A model generated the notes under the pieces. It had not been told where the DNA came from. It did no database searches and saw only the letters and a program-made list of their open reading frames with translations. A DNA stretch of 63,958 nt, counting the filler, from Thraustochytrium aureum (lineage: Eukaryota), in NCBI GenBank assembly GCA_012862495.1. It is 6 parts of 4 records of this genome, joined end to end, with 100 filler letters (N's around TTAATTAATTAA, not from the genome) between each part and the next. Parts side by side here need not be neighbours in the genome. Positions count along the whole stretch, not along the records: positions 58,720 to 61,277 come from BLSG01000455.1; positions 61,378 to 62,641 come from BLSG01000458.1; positions 62,742 to 63,958 come from BLSG01000460.1; 3 more parts are not named here. The stretch is one strand, 5' to 3'. How positions within the stretch are numbered: position 1 is the stretch's first letter; the number at the start of each line of letters is the position of its first letter. Both the position numbers and the translations under genes were made by a program. Below, piece after piece: positions 58,720 to 63,958 of the stretch.

Positions 58720-59928
58720 GGAAGAGTGCGCAGCGGCGGGGGCCAGTTGCACGCAGCTTTGCACGAGCGCAACGATCCGGTCGGCGTTCACGTGCAACCA
58801 GACTGTCACAGAGCTCAAAGCCACCCTTGGCCAGGAAGACCTGAGCTGCAGCGATCCGTTCGAGTCGTGCGACAGCGAGTCGCTCGGATATGTCCTGGCC
58901 GATTTGTGCGCCAGAACTGTCTTTGCCGCGCTTGACATGAAGCCTGACGCCCGGTGTGGCAATGGCGTGGAGGACTCGACGCTCGTCACACTTGTCCCGG
59001 AGTTTGTGACAGGCGAGGCCGATGTGGACTGCGGCGGCTACTGGTGCAACAGATGCCAAGCCGGCAGCAAGTGCAAGTTCGACAGCGACTGCGTCAAAGC
59101 GTCGACCTGCAGCGGGGATGGGATCTGCGTAATCAACTCGAGCACGCAGAGCGGAATGGACAACTTTCACAAAATCACGATCCCCATCCTTGTCTGCACG
59201 GCGGTGCTGTCGATCGTTTTCATCAACATTAACGATCGCCTCGAAAAGCGGAGGCGTGAGCGGGAGAAGCGGCGCGAGGAGCGGGAGGCGCAGCTTCGCG
59301 AGACGGCAGCGCGCCGGGCCCGCGCTCCTGCGGCAACCAAAGCGGCAAAACTCAATGCAGTGACGCGGGCGGCCGTTGGCCTCAAAGCAGGTTCCGAGCC
59401 AAGTAGCGCGGCGGCGTCGGGCGAGTCGGTGGACTTTGCCGCGACTCCAGAAATCGTAGTTGACAGCGAGGCTGCGATTCCTGCCGAGGTGCCCAAGACC
59501 CTTAGTCAGGTCCTCGCGGACCCCGCTTCGCGCAAGACCTTTTACACTTTTTGCAAGAACAAGCGCGCCGCGGAAAACGTCCTCTTCTGGGAGGCCGTCA
59601 CAACTACGAGAGGATGTGGGACAGCGACAGCGCGCCGGCAGAGGTGCAGCTCGCGGCTCGCCACATTGTTGAGCGCTACGTGTCCAAGGACTGCGTCTCG
59701 GAGGTCAACCTCGCCTACCCCTGCTCGCGGCGAATAATGAGCCTCTATCATGCCAGTGACCCGAGCGGGGCCGGTGCGACGTTCCAGCGCGACAGCTTTG
59801 ACGAGGCGAAGAGCGAGATCTTTACGCTAATGAGCAGCAACTTTTTCGCGGGATTCGTCCAGCAGCAAAAGTCTGGTCTGCCCGTCTTGGATCGTGCGCC
59901 GTCATTGGTGCAGGTCGTGGCGACGTAG
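58720..59928 (+). CDS. Membrane protein with Cys-rich ectodomain, TM helix and C-terminal RGS domain (5' truncated; frameshift near 59600)
   Basis: GEADVDCGGYWCNRCQAGSKCKFDSDC..C..GIC; TM ITIPILVCTAVLSIVFINI; RGS motifs LSQVLADP..FYTFCKNKRAAENVLFWEAV..ARHIVERYV..EVNL..FDEAKSEIFTLMSSNFF. Confidence 0.82.
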
Positions 59929-60388
59929 GTTGGTTTTTCTTAGTCGAGCGCTTGGGAGGCTGCCTTGCGGCCAAGCCGTGGTGAGCAGCGCTTGCCACTC
60001 TGGGCGTGGCAGGGAGGCGCGCTCGCGCCATTGTACAATCAGAAACGTAAGTAATAAAACAAACAACAGAGATCCATCGAGTTTAGTCAGAAATGCGAGG
60101 CGCGGCCTGCGCACGGCGCTGCTTGGGGGTGCACTTGTTGTGCTTGTGGCCGTCTATTGTTTTGTTAGCAGAGTAGAGCAGACCAACGGTCTGGCTGACT
60201 GCCGATTTCTGCCTGGCAAAGATGCAGACGCGTTGTTGAGACCGTGCTGCAAAATTGGGCGTCGAGCGACCTGGCGCGCCATATCAACAGAGTTGCGCGA
60301 TTCGCCATCCCGAGAGCCGCAGTCACCTCGCGCTGTGGCCCCCTGTCGCCGGCGGTTTTGGAATGTTGTGGTGAATGCGAGAGCAGCG

Positions 60389-61277
60389 TCACGAAAATGC
60401 GCCAGACTGGTCTCCGAACATGTCTCGAGGCGTGGGAGAGGTGTCAAAGGAGGTCAAAACGTGCTGGGCATTTACAAGCACAGTCGTCACAAACTTGATC
60501 TGCTGGATCTGCTGCATCGGCGGGAGCCCCGCCTCCCGGGGCACAAACAACGACGGCGCGAAGCAGGTTGCGACGGCCCGCATCCCCATCCGATTCACCT
60601 CCTTCTCCCTAACGACATGGCCCATGAGGTCCAAGACCCAGAGCAGAACAGCCCGCTTGGGCGTCGAAACCGGCCCCTCGCCAAAAAGCAGACGCCTGTA
60701 GCTTTCAAGGAAACCCGTCGAAGGCGGGCCGTTGTCCAGGTCCTCCTCGGACAGCTTTGAGAGCATGTCGCCGTCGAGCTCACCAAGCACGCTCCCATCA
60801 AGGGTGCGGCACCACTCCTTTATGAGGGCTGCCACCACGTGCGGGTCTTCACAGGCCTCAAGGATACGCTGCGTGCTCTGCGGGCTGGTAGAGCACCCCA
60901 GCTCTGAACGCACGCGCGACTGCTCGGTGCGGGAAGGAGCGATGCGAAAGAGGCCTTCGGCACCAAACCCGGCCCGCCGCCGAAGGTCGCGACCGAGGAG
61001 AACGAGGATCGTCGGCACACGGTCAGGAAAGCCTGACAGCGCCACGCGAGGTTGGCCAGTTACGGAAGCGCCAAACGCGAGCGTCGAAGTGGCCTCTTCC
61101 CCTTCCCACTCTTTGGGCAGCCCCTCGTACCGGCCAGTTCGCGTCTGGAACGTTGTGTGGGTTTTGTGCTGCACGTTGGTCGGCGAGGAAATGACGACAT
61201 TCGCCACATCGGTACTGAGGTTGTTGACGTCGAGACCAGCCGGCCGCATGGCAGATCTATCCCCAAGATCTGCTGTC
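60389..61277 (-). CDS. CRIB + RhoGAP protein (RopGAP/GacA-like), 5' end probably truncated
   Basis: CRIB ISSPTNVQHKTH..YEGLPKEW; RhoGAP VPTIL..EGLFRIAP (Arg finger), DPHVVAALIKEWCRTL, NRMGMRAVATCFAPSL. Confidence 0.88.
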
Positions 61278-61321
61278 NNNNNNNNNNNNNNNNNNNNNNN
61301 NNNNNNNNNNNNNNNNNNNNN

Positions 61322-61333
61322 TTAATTAATTAA
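61322..61333. other. Artificial scaffold linker TTAATTAATTAA
   Basis: Same linker flanked by N runs. Confidence 0.97.
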
Positions 61334-61377
61334 NNNNNNNNNNNNNNNNNNNNNNNNNNNNNNNNNNNNNNNNNNNN

Positions 61378-62199
61378 GGGGAGCTCGATAGGCTTAAAAA
61401 TGTCGTCACTGTAGGTGGTGGGAGTTCGTGGAAAGCGCTAGGCCCAGCCGATCACCCTGTGATTTTGGAGGCGAGTTGGTACGTGGTGGAGATGTGCAGA
61501 ATCAGGAAGACGAAATCTAAGTATGACGGGAACGAGGACGCTCAAGAGTTTCGTAAACTTATGAATGGGGTGTTGGCGCCGGAAATCAAGGACCCTGGCA
61601 TCCCCACGACGGTGTCTCAAAACAACGTGGTCACGAGCGATGTCATTGCAAATCCATCGGTAACTTGCGTTCCAATTTCTAGGGTGCTCCCACCTTTATC
61701 GACGTGCAAGAAAGTACCTGGCACGAACAATTGTTATCTGATCGAGTGCAGCCCATACGATGCAACGTCCAACCCGAAAAAGTGGAATGGAGTCAAAAGC
61801 AACGGGGTCAAGTTGCAAAGTCAGCGTGCTTACCACATCGAGCACATCTTCGACAAGGGAAAAGCGAAAGTCAGCTCGAAGACAGGGCATGGACACGGAA
61901 ACGCACGATCGTTTGTAAACTTCGTGATGGCGTGGGGTTACTGGAACTCTGCTGTAGAAACGAAGCCAGGCAAGTCGCTGACAGGTAAAGCCAAGTACCT
62001 GGCAACCGCGGCGGAGAAGGAGGAAGTGTACACGCCAATCGTCTTCAAGGGTGTTGAGGAGATGCTCAAGTGGTGCGCGAAGGAAGATTGGCGCATGGGA
62101 AAAAAGGAAGATGACCGCGGAAAACTTGCAGACAAGGCAAAGGCATCGTCGGTAACCATCGACCACGTGTTCCCCAACCTGGATTGGTGCCCGCCGTGA
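61378..62199 (+). CDS. Hypothetical protein with HNH/His-Me-finger-like motif, 5' truncated
   Basis: Frame is open from the contig edge; YHIEHIFD...NFVMAWGYWN pattern; Lys-rich, with lower GC than neighbouring genes. Confidence 0.55.
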   Translation, partial: GELDRLKNVVTVGGGSSWKALGPADHPVILEASWYVVEMCRIRKTKSKYDGNEDAQEFRKLMNGVLAPEIKDPGIPTTVSQNNVVTSDVIANPSVTCVPISRVLPPLSTCKKVPGTNNCYLIECSPYDATSNPKKWNGVKSNGVKLQSQRAYHIEHIFDKGKAKVSSKTGHGHGNARSFVNFVMAWGYWNSAVETKPGKSLTGKAKYLATAAEKEEVYTPIVFKGVEEMLKWCAKEDWRMGKKEDDRGKLADKAKASSVTIDHVFPNLDWCPP

Positions 62200-62382
62200 A
62201 CATCAAACCGTTTGGACCTAGATAATGAAAATTGTATTCCAACCACGCGGGGCCGAACGCCAAATGTCCTCTTCCACACCGCTCGAATCGGCATACACTG
62301 ATGCTTTCTACTTGGCCGCACCACGTCTGACGACAGCGCTTTGCGTGATGGTCGAATCGATACTCCATGTGGTCGAATCGAT

Positions 62383-62641
62383 CTAGGCTTTGCGCTGTAC
62401 GAGTTCCAGCGTGCAAAGCTTGCCTGATTCGTCAAACAGGGCCACAAACGAGCCATCCGAGGAAACGGCGCTTGCTGTAAATCTGGATTCGCATGTGAAA
62501 CCTATCGAAGAGCCACCGTCCGCTCCAACTGCAAATACCGACATGCCGCCATTCGTCAGGGCAGGCTCACCGAGCTCACGCTGTGCAACCCCAGCTGCAA
62601 TACTGGAGTCAAGCAGCTCGCCCGTCGCCATTGACCACGCC
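62383..62641 (-). CDS. C-terminal WD40 blade fragment
   Basis: IGFTCESRFTASAVSSDGSFVALFDESGKLCTLELV before the stop; open to the contig edge. Confidence 0.55.
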
Positions 62642-62685
62642 NNNNNNNNNNNNNNNNNNNNNNNNNNNNNNNNNNNNNNNNNNNN

Positions 62686-62697
62686 TTAATTAATTAA
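62686..62697. other. Artificial scaffold linker TTAATTAATTAA
   Basis: Same linker flanked by N runs. Confidence 0.97.
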
Positions 62698-62845
62698 NNN
62701 NNNNNNNNNNNNNNNNNNNNNNNNNNNNNNNNNNNNNNNNNTTTTGCTCACCGTCCTCGCAATGGACTGTGGAGGGAGTCTATCGGGGGTTGATGACTTG
62801 GCCGATGCCCTCGTGTTACTTCAGACAGCTGGCGGGAGCAGCGCG

Positions 62846-63026
62846 CGGCAGAGTGCCGCGCGCACCGACGTAGGCATACATACCTCGAAGAGGTAACGAG
62901 GTTGGTTGGCGAACGGTGTGCAGCATCAATAGACAGGGCAGGGCAGAGTGCCGCGCGCACCGACGTACCGGTAGGCATACATACTCTTCGAAGAGTAAGG
63001 AGTTTGGTTGGCGAACGGTGTGCAGC
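62846..63026. repeat. Diverged direct repeat, two copies of about 80 nt with ~95-nt period
   Basis: GGCAGAGTGCCGCGCGCACCGACGTA...GGCATACATAC...TCGAAGAG...TTGGTTGGCGAACGGTGTGCAGC occurs twice with small indels. Confidence 0.88.
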
Positions 63027-63697
63027 TGCATAGTTGATCACTAGGAAGGGCGGGACAACGGGGGCGCGCATTGGGCGATGTTTTAAATGCCACACTGGCG
63101 AGCAACAGGGTGACCCTTTAGCCAGCCATACACTCACATGATCGACGTCTCCCCGCGCTTCATCTCGCCTCGGGTGGTATTGTATTTGACCATCCTGCCT
63201 GGGTGTCTGTGGACTGCACAAACCTCCTGCGCTGCGAAACGCGACCCCAGACCTCGCCTCAAGCGCGCGCAACTCGTGCCCTGATCTGCATCCCCTCGAG
63301 GCCGCTGGCGCACGCTCGCACGCAACGCAGCGAGCGCCCTGCGGCCGTCGTCAGTGCTGGGTGCGCACCCGTTCTCTTGAAAGATTTCTGGCCAGGCTCT
63401 GTCGCCCGGCGGATTCGGCACACATAGTGAATTAACGTGTCATCCCGCCGTGTAATGACGCTCGCGTCCTTTTCTACGCCCAGCAACCCCTGCGACCCTC
63501 ACACGCGATGCCGGACTAAATCCGCGTAAACGAGCGGATCGCACGCGTCCACCGTCCAACGTGGCGATTCTGCGTAGTACGTCTCGCCCATGCAATAACA
63601 TGGGGTTTAGCAGGGTGTTTGGCACGAGGCAGGCACTCGCGTCGCGGGCCGGAATCCGCGCGCGGGGCCCGCAGGGAGCGAGCAGACCGCGAACGGA

Positions 63698-63958
63698 ATG
63701 GCGCAGGAAGGCGCCGCCGAGGCGGTCGGCGTCGAGGCGGCCGTGCAGTGCGTGAACATCGTCCTTTCCAGACGGTGTTCTGCTCGGCCACGCAGGGTCG
63801 CCGGGCGCCCCGTGCCTGGCGATTCGGCGTTCAACTTGGCCGTCGCGCCCTGCTGCCACGCGGTGGACGCGAATGGCCTGCTCGCGGGGACGACGACGGA
63901 GCGCGCGCTGGCGGTGACGGTGGACGTCTCGATCGGCGGGAAGGTCGTCGAGAGGTGG
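63698..63958 (+). CDS. N-terminus of a possible ATG13 HORMA-domain protein (runs off window; absent from the ORF track)
   Basis: My translation: MAQEGAAEAVGVEAAVQCVNIVLSRR...DSAFNLAV...LAVTVDVSIGGKVVERW, resembling the ATG13 pattern QIILxxR..WFNL..VDV..LERW. Confidence 0.5.
   Translation, partial: MAQEGAAEAVGVEAAVQCVNIVLSRRCSARPRRVAGRPVPGDSAFNLAVAPCCHAVDANGLLAGTTTERALAVTVDVSIGGKVVERW

Noticed and set aside
8600..59620. Programmed frameshifting, RNA editing or mass pseudogenisation
   Set aside because: No shared slippery motif, mixed +1/-1 directions, homopolymer association, and catalytic motifs are otherwise intact; sequencing error is more parsimonious.
30745..62741. Recurrent TTAATTAATTAA palindromes as a biological motif, and gene neighbourhoods spanning them
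   Set aside because: Each is centred in a fixed-length N spacer and stops all six frames. It is an assembly linker, so genes on opposite sides are not known to be linked.
1..63958. The many long overlapping, antisense or N-spanning ORFs in the track
   Set aside because: Expected from high GC3 (stop-poor shadow frames) and from N runs being translated as X.

Overview
GC-rich, gene-dense, intron-poor eukaryotic nuclear DNA. The gene content (flagellar CFAP52-like and CFAP97-like genes, a bZIP with a START-like tail, a multi-TM TKL kinase, short GT-AG introns with CTRAC branch sites) suggests a flagellated stramenopile such as a labyrinthulomycete/thraustochytrid; this is inference. The window is not one locus: five artificial N44-TTAATTAATTAA-N44 linkers join six scaffolds. 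There are also many N gaps and frequent single-base frameshifts, several at homopolymers, that look like sequencing errors. About 28 coding regions are recognisable, including AFG1 ATPase, ArgRS, CFAP52-like, a TGS1-like methyltransferase, MSH3, SMPD4-like, ATP synthase subunit f, NFU1, tetraspanin, an SLC12 cotransporter, a J-protein, 3R-MYB, STK16, RhoGAPs and an ATG13-like fragment. Best leads: (1) an AFG1/LACE1 ATPase with an in-frame cytochrome b5 domain retaining both His ligands; (2) an ArgRS with an N-terminal GST-like domain, whose one large intron holds two near-identical 150-nt double-hairpin units (candidate intronic ncRNAs); (3) unusual signalling fusions (Cys-rich single-pass receptor-RGS, multi-TM-TKL kinase, TM-pseudolipase-C2); (4) a lower-GC contig with an HNH-like ORF facing a WD40 tail. 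All family calls come from motif recognition, not database searches.
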